Notes: a model not told the origin generated them from the sequence alone. DNA of 64,000 nucleotides from Octopus bimaculoides (GCF_001194135.2 NC_069001.1:18913791-18977790); one strand, 5' to 3'; shown: positions 1 through 12,370, counted from the stretch's first letter. Numbers and translations: made by a program.

Positions 1-860
1 CCTACAATACTTTATCCTTTCAAAACTAAGGAGGTTCACAGTCAGTATTAACATCATCACATATACAAACTGTCTCCTTGAAATACCGGCAATATTTTAT
101 CCCATCAGAGACAATATTACAATTATTTATTGTATTTTGCTTCCTATGGTGTGACCAAGACAAAAATGCCTATGGCTTTAATAATGGTATCTGGAACTTT
201 AGCCTGTTAAAGGGTTTCTAATATCCATAACAGAAATACCTTCTTGTATTCCAGCCAGACAAAATCCCTTTTATGCTATTACACCGCTGATGTTACAATT
301 TGGTTGATGAATAGTTGTTCAATACATCACCAAACTCCTCTCTTTCCAGCTGTTTGTCTGTAATGTTATTTCAACTACCTCAGTGATACTGTATACCTTT
401 TGTATGCTAGATTCTGCCATTCTGTTGGTTTATAAGTGTTCTGCCAAGAACGATTTGTTTGGGTTTATAGAGAGACAATAGTTTTTTTCATAATTCTCGT
501 AGCCACACTGCAATCTGATTAAATTCTTTTCGCCCCATCCAGATTTTACTCAATCTGGATCCATATTTTCTAAAGAAAGAGCCTTTGTGATTATTCTTTA
601 CTGTCAATTCATCATTCTGTAAAATGTCAATTGATTTCCACTCAATTTCTGCTTAATTATTGATCGTTCATCTCTTCTGATGATGAATAGTTTTTCAGTT
701 TTTTTGGTGAGGAGTGTAATTTGTTTGTTTGTATTTTTAATGAGTTTCCTGACATAGCTGGTTTCAAGCTCCATGATGGAAATTCTATTTTATTATTTTT
801 GTCTTTAGTTACTTTAGCAGCTTCAAGATTCTGCTTAGCAATTATGGAAAGGGAATACAG
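1..860 (-). pseudogene. Degenerate RLE-type (R4/Dong-like) non-LTR retrotransposon, RT region
   Basis: The minus strand gives frameshifted GI(F)QGDSL (about 65-90) followed by ILTVNLLSF, with an upstream CIEQLFINQ-like stretch. It resembles the better-preserved RT at 53850-54100. Boundaries are approximate. Confidence 0.6.
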
Positions 861-1981
861 TCAGAAATATATTTTCTGAAATAAAAGGACATTACTCTTC
901 TATAAAACTTCACAGTCACTATTAATTCAGTGAATCTTTCTTTCATCAGTACTAGCATATATAATTAATATTTTAATGGTACTTTTTAAAATTTATTAAT
1001 TTTTTTCTGGAAAGGTTTCCTTAAGAATTTCAATTAGTTATATTCTCATCTCTGCCAGCTCATAAACCAGGTATTGTGGCTACAGCTATGATCACTGGTC
1101 TCTAGAGGTGTGAAGTAACATAGTGGGCAGTGGAGTTTGATCTCCTGTTACATGACATATCACACTTCCTGTTCCAAGAATATGTTTATTTACTGTTATT
1201 TCTGTGTTATTCTTACTTTTATGAATAGGTAGTGGTTAAGTGTGTATTAGCATGTGGATGTCTTTGAAGTAAACAAATGAATGACATCGATTCATAGTTA
1301 AAATAATTTATTCACTGAACTTAAATTTGGCGTTGGTACACATAATTCTTCACTACATGTAATTGTTGATAACTGCTACGAGGGTACATCTGTGGTACAT
1401 CTGTGGAGGTGATATGTCAGAACTGAATATGTTTTTTTGTGTCTGTGTGTGTGTCAATCATCTGAGAAAGTAGTCTATCATGAACCTTTCTGTCTGCCAG
1501 TGTGTCATTGACTGAAAGTCTGTCTGTCAAAGACTTTCTGTCTGTCTCTCTGTTGACCATGGTATTTTATAACTGCTGTGGCAGCTAGAAGGACAGATAT
1601 ACTGCAGCAGAGATTGCGCCTAAATAGGTCAGCTCCTGTCCATTTGAACTTTGCCTGACATGGCTGAGGCCGTAGGTCAAAGGGAGATGGTTTATCATTT
1701 TTTGACAGGACAAAGGAAACCTTTTTTCATGCCTGTTAATTGTGGTGGTTTGGGCAAGCAAGAATTCTTAGATTTGGTTTCAAATCTAAGCTTGGAGAAG
1801 GAAGTGTTAGTTTTTACAAATAAATTTACCACCAACAAACCTAACCTCTCCCTGCAACCAAGAAATTGTTTTGTGGTGAAGTCCTTTAGGTCTAGATGTG
1901 ATCCCTCTACAATTTATATGTATGTGTGTGTGTGTGTGTGTATACATGTACTTGTATGCATGTGTTCTGTGTCATCACACT

Positions 1982-2982
1982 TGTTGTAATGGTACGAAAC
2001 TAAGTGTACTTAGATTCACATTGTTAAATACGTTGTCACAGATAAAAGGGGGTAGCTATCACGTTATTGTATTGCCTGCATGACATAACATGGTGGCAGC
2101 AGTAAAACAAGATAAATATATCAAATCGAAACTAGTCGTATCACCAGCACATTCAAAAAACTCAAATCATTATCATTAGACATTGCTTAATGCTACCATT
2201 GTACCAGTATTGTCAGTGAACGTGATGTGACACAAAACAAAAGAACAAGAAGGAAATGGATACACAGTGACAAACTACAAGAATACACACACACACACAC
2301 ACACAAACTATTATGGAGGCATCGCTACAGATTTATATACAAGATTATTGTTATCATTTCGGCTAAATAGTGCGTGTTGTGCCATGTAAAATAACCAAAT
2401 CATAGTGTTGTATTGCACAAGAAAAACAACAATAATATGACAACAGCTCGCATTCCCGAAATGCAGTGGCACACAGACAATGCAGCCCAGCAAATATTCA
2501 AACAAAACATCATGTACTATTGTGAGGATGAGGAAATTACAGAGCCAAGGAAACTAGCCTTACAAATATTTAGAGGCATTGGAAATGAAGGACTCTAGTA
2601 TTTAAATGCATCTAGCTTATTAAATGCTGACAAGAAAAACCCAAATAAACTATGGGAATTGTTTGATGCACAAGTTAAGACAAATATCAATTTCAGAGTA
2701 CATTGCCTTAAATTGATGGAATGTAGACAGCAGCATGATGAGACAATTGATGGTTTTGTCACAAGAACCCGAGCAATAGCAAAAAAATGTCAGTTTGAAG
2801 AAAAAGAGCTTAAACAATGGATCATAGAATTATTGATTGCTTCAACTCCCATGAAGCCTTCCAAAAGGAGCTGCTTGGAAAGGAGAAAAACTACAAACTT
2901 GAAGATGTCCAAACAGAGGATAGAAACAAGATTGAATGAAGGAGATATGGACTTTTCAGTTGCAGTGACAGCAGTCTGTTAA
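1982..2982 (+). mobile_element. Gypsy/Ty3-type LTR retrotransposon 5' relic: short putative LTR, PBS and gag pseudogene
   Basis: TGT...ACA segment 1982-2090 is followed at once by TGGTGGCAGC (2091-2100), complementary to the 3' end of tRNA-Leu (GCTGCCA-CCA). A gag-like frame starts at ATG 2437 with one in-frame stop: ...LWELFDAQVKTNINFRVHCLKLMECRQQHDETIDGFVTRTRAIAKKCQF. No pol or 3' LTR is seen. Confidence 0.65.
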
Positions 2983-3629
2983 GTTCACTGATATATAAGT
3001 TGATACAAGGCTGAAGACTGGCAGTTTTTGTAAAAGAGAAACATAAGTTGGGTGTAGTGCCAGGGGAGAGGCAAATTGTTGCCTCCTTACCCAGGTCAAC
3101 AGCCCTGACTGAACAAATTTTGGTGACTGATAGTCATCATATTCATCATTGTTTTAATGTTCATTTTTCCATGCTTGTATGAGTCAAATTGACATCGTTG
3201 AGGCTAACTCTTTGTGGGTAGATACTCCTCCTGTCATCAACTTTCACCTGCTCCCATGTATATTTCCCCCAAAGTCGGACGTTTTTCACAGACGATTGGC
3301 AACCAGTGACACTAGTTGCATAACACTGATACTAGTTTGCAACTATGGTACATTGTCGAGACTAAGAGCCACACACACACATACACATACACACACAAGG
3401 CTATAGTAGAAGGAACTTACCCAAGGTGCTATGCAATGAGACTGAACCCCAAATCATATGCTTAGAAAGTGAACTTTTTAACTAAACAGCCATACCTGCA
3501 CCTATCATCAACATCATTGAACATCCTTTTTCAATATTAGCATCTGTGTGTGTGTGTGTGTGCATGATAGTAGTGTTTTAAATTCATCTGTTTTTAGGCC
3601 ACCTCTTACAGTATTCAAGGATGCTTGCT

Positions 3630-3990
3630 TCCCAAGCACTTGGTTCTGGGTTCAGTCCTACTGCATAGAACCTTGGGCAAGTGTCTTCTATTATAGCCTT
3701 GGGCCAACTGAAGCCTTGTGAGTGAATATGGTAGATGGAAACTGAAAGAAACCTGTTGTATGTGTGTGTGCATGCATGTCTTTATGTTTGTGTTTGTCCC
3801 CCACCACTGCTTGACAACCAGTGTCAGTTTGTTTACATCCCCTATAACTTAGTGGTTCAGCAAAAAAAGACCAATAGAATAAATACCAAGCTTAAAGAAA
3901 ATAAGAAGTTCTGGTGTTGATTCATTTGACTAAAAGTTCTTCAGGGCGGTGCCCCAGCATGGCCACAGTCTAATGACTGAAACAGATAAA
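3630..3990 (+). mobile_element. tRNA-derived SINE (octopus OK-like)
   Basis: Head with B-box-like GGTTCAGTCC, internal (TG)n, body CTTGACAACC...AAAAGACCAATAGAATAA, and tail CCCCAGCATGGCCACAGTCTAATGACTGAAAC. The same layout recurs many times in the window. A minus-strand head fragment lies at about 3385-3500. Confidence 0.75.
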
Positions 3991-4256
3991 AGATATATGT
4001 TGAGAGAGGGAGAAAGAAAGACATAGACGGTAAATAAACAGATAGACAAACTGACAGACGGACAAATCCACCTGAACCTGCCCAATGCAATCCAACTTCT
4101 TCTGAATAAAATAATTAAGTAGTGCTCATTACTCATCTACAGATAGTCAGTGCTATGACTTTGTGTCTATATAGATTAAAGGAATCAGAAGAATGGGCTT
4201 CCAGTATTACACATTAATGTGGAATATTTACAACATGTTACTTCATGAAACATGTA

Positions 4257-5514
4257 CAAGAATTGGCTGAAAAGTTTGTAGGCTGACCAAAATACTCTCA
4301 TGGAATGGGACCAAATGAGATTTCTATTTCAGCATAGTCTCCCTAACAATCCACTTACTTCTTCCATTAGTGTTGCAGTGCTTGGATCCCATTGGTGAAG
4401 AAGCTTTCATCCTGTTGGTCAAAATATTCATCAACAACAAATATGATGTCATCATCATTTCAATACTGGTTTCCAGCCAAGTATTTCTTCATGTTGGGAA
4501 AACATATGATAGTTAAATGGGGCCAAATCAAGAAAATGGGGGAGGTGATCAACCAGTTCAAGCCACAATCATGCACAACAGCCTTTGAAACTAAGGAGTT
4601 GTGTGCTGGAGCATTGTCCTGATGAAACAAGATCCCCTTTCATCAGTTTTCCTGAGCATTTGGTCTTGGTAGCCTTTTATAACTGCCTCAGGAAGTTGGC
4701 ATAGTGCTCTCCATTGACGTGTCTGTTTTAATAAAAACAGTACCTTTTACATCCCATAAAACTGAGACCATCAACTTCCCTACTAATGAAATGATCCTGG
4801 CCTTCTTTGGAGCAGGGGAACAAGGGTGTTTCCAATGCATAGATTGTCTCTGTCTGTGGCTCAAAATGATCAACCTAACACTCATCATGGGTTAGGAAAT
4901 GTTCAAGGTGATATGGTAGATCTGCTTCAAACAATGTCAGATTCTTTCATGATGTAATCAACCTGGTGTGCTTTTGATCATATGTCAGAAGATGTGGCAC
5001 CCATTGAGCAGAAATGTTTGTCAAGTTCATTGTGAAGAATGTTCTCAACTCTATCATGGGATATGGTAATAGCATTGGCTATTTGATTTATAGTCACTTG
5101 CCTGTCATCCAGACAGTGAACATGATCAATGTTTTCCTCAGTGAAGGCAGTTGCAGGACATCCAGACCTTCAGTCATCTTCAAGACTCTCCCTTTCCCTC
5201 CTAAATCCAGCTGTTCACATTTGCACTGTTGATAAAGCTGGAGCCTCATCTAATGTAGCAACCATATCAGCATGAATGTCGTTGAGGGCCAAACCCTTTT
5301 TATAACCCTGCAATGCCAAATTTTGTGGATTTCCAAGAGAAGTCGTTACTAATTACTTTTGAAGTCTTCTTTGAACATTCAGACATCAGTTTACCTGGAA
5401 AAAACAATGCGGTTATTAATAAGTAGAGCTGAAATTAATGTATGCAAGATTTCACAGCTCTAGCATCACTCTGTCACTGTCAACCTATGAACTTTTCAGC
5501 CCATTCTCAGAGAG
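4257..5514 (-). mobile_element. Full-length degenerate mariner (Tc1/mariner) element
   Basis: TIRs ...GGCTGAAAAGTT(T/C)(G/A)TAGG(C/T)TGAC at both ends with TA flanks. Minus-strand fragment PAPKKARIISLVGKLMVSVLWDVKG matches the mariner motif around the first catalytic domain. Confidence 0.85.
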
Positions 5515-5536
5515 TATTGTCTGACTGCTCACCTTA

Positions 5537-6727
5537 TGAGGTACATTCAAAAAGTATCTGACTTTATTTTTTCCTGCCAAAACTAATGCCACCTGGGCAA
5601 AATCCTTCAGTTGGGAGGTGAAGCCACCTACACATGTGTGAAAATTTTTGTGCCAGTAGGCTACATCCTTTCCTGTCTGTTATGTCTAGAGTACAGACAG
5701 ACATGTAGTGCACGCTCATTGAATTTTTGTTTTCATTGAATGCATCAAGCAGATATTGTATTATGTTTTGCCAAAAGCTTGGTGATACACATGCTCAAAC
5801 CATCCGGAAAATTCAGCAGGCTTTGGTGATAATGCTATGAGGAAAACTCAGATCAAGAAGTGGTACAACCAAACATGGCTGCACCTCAGTGGAGATAAAG
5901 GCAAACTCAGGCAGGCCATTCACAAGCCAAAATTTAAAATGTCTGGCAAATAGTCATGGAAGACTATTGTGTAACAATTCAGGTACTTGCTCACAAAATA
6001 GGAATAAGCACAGCATCAGTGTGTTCTGTTTTATTAAAGGATTTGAGCATGCAGAAATTTGTTCCCAAGGTGCTGGCAGAGCAGCAGAATCACTGGTGAT
6101 GAGACATGGGTTTATGATTACGATCTGGAAACCAAATTCCAGTCCTCCCAATGGAAGCACCCATCATCACCAAGGCGTAAAAAAGCATGATAAGTTCACA
6201 ACAATGTGAAGATAATGTTGATTTGTTGCTTTACTTCCCATGGTATTGTACATCATGAACATGCACCACAAAGCAAAACAATGAATAATAACAAATAGTA
6301 CATGGAGATTATACATCATCTTTATGTGGGCAGTGAAGAATTGGCAACTTCACCACAACAATGCACTCACTCATTCTACCTACATAATCGAAACTTTCTT
6401 GGTCAAGAGTAACACACCACTTGTTTGACCGACTTTATACTCTCCCAACTTGGCACAAAGTGATTTTTGGATCTTCCCCAAACTGAAAACTACACTGAAA
6501 GGGAAGTGATTTGAGTTGTAAGAGGAAATTATAAGAAAAGCAACAGTGGAATTTCATCTCACTCCAGAGCAGACGTTCCAAAAGTGTTATCAGCAATGAA
6601 AGAACTGCTGGGAGAAATGTGAGCACCTAAGGGGCGTATTTTGAAGGTGGTTAAATAAAATTTGTGAAAGGTACAAAATTGTTTTTTTTTTATGCCCAAA
6701 GGTCAGATACCTTTTGAACGCACCTTG
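5537..6727 (+). mobile_element. Degenerate mariner element
   Basis: TIRs AGGT(A/G)C(A/G)TTCAAAA(A/G)GTATCTGAC with TA TSD. N-terminal FCQKLGDT..QTIRKIQQ helix-turn-helix-like fragment and YSP(N)LA-like motif near 6437. Confidence 0.85.
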
Positions 6728-8461
6728 TATACACACACGCAAGCACACACACATATTATGTGTGAGAGAGAGAGTGTGTGTGTATATGCTTGTACTGTTA
6801 TATACACCTGGTTATGGAATTTCCAATCAATTTCTTGAAGATGGACAGGGTTTCTAATATTTACACAGTGTCCCATATCAAGGTGTGAATCATTTAATCA
6901 CTGACTTAGATTTAATATCATGGGGTGGGGAATGAAAGTTGTTTTTCTTGTTTCATCTCTCCTCCATTCCCATCTCCTTTATTTACTAAATATAAGAATA
7001 TATTTACATCTATGATGAGATGAGACCACCACCACCAAGTACTACAGCTGCCACCCAATACTACAATCATGTTTCTATATTTCACTGGAATGTTTTGTGG
7101 TCTAAAATTTATGCCATTAACAACTTCTCTATTCCAGTGTAAACTCTTACTAGGTTAGTGTAGTGGAAGGGTGGGGCAAATTGTTGTTGTTTAGCCCCAG
7201 GTCAGTTACCCTCATTAAACAAATCTACGATCAAAGGCGTTTCACTCTTGACCTTCCTTTTTTTTTTTTAGGGATATTAGGACCTTGTTAACTCAAATGC
7301 TGGACTCAAATTGACGAATGCCAGTCCTACCACAGATATTAATGAAATTGTTTGGCACTTCTTCTCCCAAATGTTTGGCAGATTCAAAAAGTTTAAAATC
7401 TTATATATATATAAATGGGAGATTCTGTCCGTTTCTTTGTCCAGTAAAATGAGAGTAAATGGTTCAGGGGAAGCTATTATGCTATTGCCTAATTTGTCGC
7501 AACAAAAATTATGCTATGGTACAACCCTAATTGTGCACAAATTTATGAGGAACTGCATTGAGGCAAATATTCCCACTGGTTGTGGTAAAAGTGAGACTGT
7601 CTTCATTCCTCAAATAACAGTTATACTATCTAATGTTCCATTCCAATTTAAGTGGTTACAGTTTCCTATCCCACTTGCTTTTGCCATGAGTATTAATAAA
7701 ACTCAGGACCAAACACTAAAAGTTGCTGGGTTGCAACTTGAAGTACCATGCTCTTCACATGGCCAACTTTGTGTAGGAGCATCACGTGTGGGAGCGAAAG
7801 CAAATCTTTTTCCCTATGCACCCTGAAATAAAACAAAAAACATTGTTTATAAAGAAATAGTCACTCTTGATGCAACATGAATACTTCAATAACTTAACGT
7901 GTATGACATCGATCTTTTTTCTACTTCAGTTACATGTTTTCTCTTATAAAATGCACACATACAGGAGGAGTAAATCTAAACCTGTAGGGTGTTCCCCCCC
8001 CCCCAACCGTCTTTCAATTCTCCTCAGCCATACAGCCTATTCAAATGTCAAAAGAAACCGTGACAAATGGGTATTCTACTTGACCTGTGGCCTTTTCAGT
8101 GCCACCACACAGTCATCTGCATTCCATAAAGCTATTCTTCTATATGATATAGCTATTTTTCTACCTTCATTCATGTTGAAACTGAATCTTTCAATTCTCC
8201 GTCTTCAATTATTACATGTTTTTTTAAAAACCATGCTTTTCACATGGCCAACTTTATGCAGGTGCATCACGTGTGGGAGCAAAAACAAATATTTTTGCTT
8301 ATGCATCCCAAATTAAAACAAAAAACATTGTTTATAAAGAAATATTCACTCTTAATGCAACATGAATACTTCAATAACTTAATTTGCCATTACTATCATT
8401 ACATTCAAGAATGACTAAATTACCTATTTAAATGAACCGTATTATATAATTGCCATTACTG

Positions 8462-10131
8462 TGTAGTAACGCCGTGTGCATGCGTAGTCTCACGCATGCG
8501 TAGAATTAAACAACCAAGCGTTCCCGCTCAATTCATTCTCTTTCTTGCTAGCTAGCATAGGGCAATGGACGTGTCAAGAGTGTCTCTAACATTCGAACTC
8601 TGGAGACAACCTCTTTACGTGTTAAGCTGTCTCTCTACATCTTTCGGACTTACGCTCGACAGCTCGCTCACACCTACATAACAACGTCCCAACAACAGAA
8701 GCTGTAACAACAAGAATCAAAGATGTATAACCAACAAGAGCGGTTTTTATTCTCGCCTCTGTTAGAGTGGATTTTTCCACTCACGAAAAACAGACAGGAA
8801 TTACGGCCTGCTTTTTATTATGTTCTTATATGTCGCATTCACACTCTCACATATACATACATATTTTATGCCACACAATAACTCCTGTTATTCATTTCAT
8901 ACGGTTGTTTTTTTTTCTATCGTCTCATTACTGGTATTTACGAATTCACTAATGTTCGTAGTATAACGTAATTACTTGTATATCATCTTTGATATATATT
9001 TTGGTTTCGACCGTGTGACACGTTTATCGTCACCATTTCTCCCTTTTGAGTTCGCACGGTCGTTTTTTCATCTTGGGTTAAGAAAATATTTCTTCGAGGT
9101 TTTCGCTAATGGTCGTACAGAGATTTGTCTGTCGATCGTTCTGTAAAAGCGTACCTCTTCAAACACTCATCACCAAACAGCCTTTTCGCCACCAGCGTTG
9201 TGCGCCAACCAAGATTACCACCGTNNNNNNNNNNNNNNNNNNNNNNNNNNNNNNNNNNNNNNNNNNNNNNNNNNNNNNNNNNNNNNNNNNNNNNNNNNNN
9301 NNNNNNNNNNNNNNNNNNNNNNNNNNNNNNNNNNNNNNNNNNNNNNNNNNNNNNNNNNNNNNNNNNNNNNNNNNNNNNNNNNNNNNNNNNNNNNNNNNNN
9401 NNNNNNNNNNNNNNNNNNNNNNNNNNNNNNNNNNNNNNNNNNNNNNNNNNNNNNNNNNNNNNNNNNNNNNNNNNNNNNNNNNNNNNNNNNNNNNNNNNNN
9501 NNNNNNNNNNNNNNNNNNNNNNNNNNNNNNNNNNNNNNNNNNNNNNNNNNNNNNNNNNNNNNNNNNNNNNNNNNNNNNNNNNNNNNNNNNNNNNNNNNNN
9601 NNNNNNNNNNNNNNNNNNNNNNNNNNNNNNNNNNNNNNNNNNNNNNNNNNNNNNNNNNNNNNNNNNNNNNNNNNNNNNNNNNNNNNNNNNNNNNNNNNNN
9701 NNNNNNNNNNNNNNGTTTCCGCACTGGCAAGGGAGCCCTGTAGTAACGCCGTGCGCATGCGTAGTCTCACGCATGCGTAGAATTAAACAACCAAGCGTTC
9801 CCGCTCAATTCATTCTCTTTCTTGCTAGCTAGCATAGGGCAATGGACGTGTCAAGAGTGTCTCTAACATTCGAACTCTGGAGACAACCTCTTTACGTGTT
9901 AAGCTGTCTCTCTACATCTTTCGGACTTACGCTCGACAGCTCACTCACACCTACATAACAACGTCCCAACAACAGAAGCTGTAACAACAAGAACTAAAGA
10001 TGTATATATTTACCACATGAATAAATGTTGTTTAAGTTGATAGTCTGGAGTTCAGCGTTCCGTTATATTCTAATTTTATAGTAGGAAAGTCAGGTATACG
10101 TCTAAAGATGTATAACCCACATTCTACTAAA
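8462..10131 (+). mobile_element. Young small non-autonomous LTR retrotransposon (Gypsy-derived) inserted in the Helitron
   Basis: Direct repeats 8462-8729 and 9739-10006 align without gaps with about 4 mismatches. Termini TGTAGTA...TACTA(A)A, TSD ACTG (8458-8461 and 10132-10135), purine-rich AAGGGAG just before the 3' LTR, and integrase-tail-like RKYF..NGRTE/SVDRSVKAYL near 9080-9160. A 490-N gap lies inside. Confidence 0.8.
9225..9714. other. Assembly gap (others: 29827-30221, 40144-40153, 45008-45534, 52026-52224, 55970-56008, 56733-56756)
   Basis: N runs, all inside or next to repeats. The poly-X ORFs in the track are artefacts. Confidence 0.98.
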
Positions 10132-10659
10132 ACTGTATTGATAAACAAAATAACACATACAACTCATTTATTATTGACATATAGTAAACAAACAGAAGTT
10201 CGTGTATGAAATCCATCTTTTTTCTACTTCAATTATTACATGTTTTTCTCTTATGAAATACACACATACAGGAAGAGTAAATCTAAATCTGTAGTGGTAG
10301 TCAGATTCGAAACTTTATGTAGGAGCTTCACGTGTAGAAGCAAAAGCAAATCTTTTTGCTTATGCACCCCGAAATAAAACAAAAAACATTGTTTATAAAG
10401 AAATATTCACTTTTAATGCAACATGAATACTTCAATAACTTAATTTGCCATTACTATCATTACATTCAAGAAAGAAATCAATCTTTTTTTCTATTTCAAT
10501 TATTACATGTTTTTTTCTCTTATAAAATACACACATACGGCAGGTTCGTGTATGAAATTGATCTTTTTTCTACTTCAATTATTACATATGTTTCTCTTAT
10601 AAAAACACACACATACAGAAAGAATAAATTATATATATAATTATATATATAATTTCAAG

Positions 10660-10895
10660 CGTGGCCGTTGCCAGTACTGCCTGACTGGCCTTTGTGCGGC
10701 TGACACGTAAAAGCACCCACTACACTCTCTGAGTGGTTGGCGTTAGGAAGGGCATCCAGCTGTAGAAACTTTGCCAAATTAGATTGGAGCCTGGTGTTGC
10801 CATCCGGTTTCACCAGTCCTCAGTCAAATCGTCCAACCCATGCTAGCATGGAAAGCGGACGTTAAACGATGATGATGATGATGATGATGATGATA
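10660..10895 (+). mobile_element. RTE-type LINE 3' tail ending in (GAT)n
   Basis: GAGTGGTTGGCGTTAGGAAGGGCATCCAGCTGTAGAAAC...CCAACCCATGCTAGCATGGAAAGCGGACGTTAAACGATGATGAT, same family as the tails of the RT-bearing copies at 36665, 47047 and 62186. Other tail-only copies at about 11160-11430, 14870-14990, 23580-23766, 55070-55170, 55385-55480 and 59935-60100 (minus). Confidence 0.8.
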
Positions 10896-11984
10896 ATAAT
10901 ACTTTGAATGTGGCTCCCAAGAAATGGTAAAAGTAATTACCCAATCAACGACGAGTATTACTGCTAGTTTTATTATATGTAGCAATTTGTTCCCCACCCA
11001 CTTTCCAATCTTTGTGGCTCTGCCTCCTCTGCTCTAATACACCCTTTCCTTTTTTTAAGATAATAAGGTATGACTTGAGGAAGATTTCGCTGCTAATTCT
11101 AACAATGAACTAGGTTGAGCTATAAAGGAGAAACATTTTAATAGCAAGAGTAAGTTATAAATATGTGCCAGTATCATGTAAAAAGCACCCATGCTGGCAC
11201 CACATAATAGCACCCATGCTAGCATCATGTAATAGCATCTGTGCCAGTGCCACATAAAAAGTACCCAGTACACTCTGTAAAGTGGTTGGCATTAGGAAGG
11301 GCATCCAGCTGTAGAAACCAAGCCAAGTCAGATGAGAACCTGGTGCAGCTCTCCTTACTTGCAAGCCCTGATCAAACTGTCCAACCCATGCCAGCATGGA
11401 AAATGGACATTGAATGGTGGTGGTGAACTCGTGGATTGCAGTACACCTGCCTGGGTTATGAAAAATAATGAATATTTTTATACATTCATAGACATGGTAA
11501 CTTATTTTAAGTTACTGTTTTAGCCTTAAGGCTTAAACTAAATTGTTTTTTTCCATCTTCTCAACCTTGGCCCCATCTTTTTTTTTATTAGAAACCCTAC
11601 TGTAATATATTCTTTTCCATTGGGGTTCTTGAAGATCATCTAAACCAACAACTACTATCTCAGTTAACATGACTTCATATAAATCCAGAATGGAATTTAA
11701 CAAAGTGCAAAGCATTGACTAAAATACTTCACCACACTGACCAGTTTTGTTTGTTTACTTAAGCAAAAAATTCATACCACTGATCTCCTCCCCAACTCTT
11801 CTTTCAATTTTGTTTTAATTATGCCAGTAACCCTTGGTAAAGAATGTACTAACCATTCTCTATATAGGATAAATTATATTATTCAAATTATTCATACCTC
11901 AGCTGGAGCACTGATATTGATCTATGCATAGCTGTCCACATTTGCACTGTTGAGCTACGCATAGCTATGCATATTGAGCTATGC

Positions 11985-12370
11985 ATAACTGTGTGATAAG
12001 AAGTTTGCTTTCCAACTACATGGTTCTGCATTTAGTCCCACTGCAGGGCACCTTGGGCAAGTGTCTTCTACTAAAGCCTTGTGATTGGATTTGGTAGATG
12101 AAAACTGAAAGAAGCCCATCGTATATTTATATATATCAGTGTGTGTGCCTTTGTATTTGTGTTTATCTCCAACCACTGCTTGACAACCACTGTTGGTGTG
12201 TTTACCTCCCTGTAAATTAGCATTTCAGCAAAAGAGACCAATAGAATAAGTACCAGGCTTTACAAAAAAATAAAAAGTACTGGAGTTGAATCATTAGACT
12301 AAAATTCTTCAAGTGGTGCCCCAGCATGACAACAGTTTAATGACTGAAACAAGTAAAAGATAAAAGATAA
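11985..12370 (+). mobile_element. tRNA-derived SINE (OK-like)
   Basis: Complete head-body-tail layout as at 3630-3990, ending in (GATAAAA) repeats. Confidence 0.75.

Larger units (their letters stand above)
7399..10967 (+). mobile_element. Internally deleted Helitron (TC...CTAG) carrying a Pif1-like helicase C-terminus, with nested insertions
   Basis: 5' A|TCTTATATATATATAAA at 7399 and 3' ...CAACGACGAGTATTACTGCTAG|T at 10967. ORF 7311-7826 has LQFPIPLAFAMSINKTQDQTL and HGQLCVGASRVG (Helitron helicase motifs V/VI), followed after a stop by TKNIVYKEI. Confidence 0.8.

Noticed and set aside
1651-1989. 112-aa ORF and a 10-bp-stem hairpin CTTAGATTTG-GTTT-CAAATCTAAG at 1767-1790
   Set aside because: The ORF runs into a (TG)n microsatellite and has no recognisable motif. 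A single short AT-rich hairpin is expected by chance.
9001-9035. Minus-strand TGACGA...GGTCGAAAC as a hammerhead; also CTGATGA at 41744
   Set aside because: No stem II closing pair or stem I partner in the first case, and no GAAA in register in the second.
9106-9832. Long ORFs of 170-235 aa in the track (also 29795-30241, 44961-45642, 51732-52340)
   Set aside because: They are composed of X codons from N gaps.
10626-10655. 30-bp perfect AT palindrome at the RTE 5' junction
   Set aside because: Low-complexity (TA)n sequence is intrinsically self-complementary.
11533-11715. Minus-strand ORF MLCTLLNSILDLYEV... as a possible exon
   Set aside because: No convincing donor and no recognisable homology.
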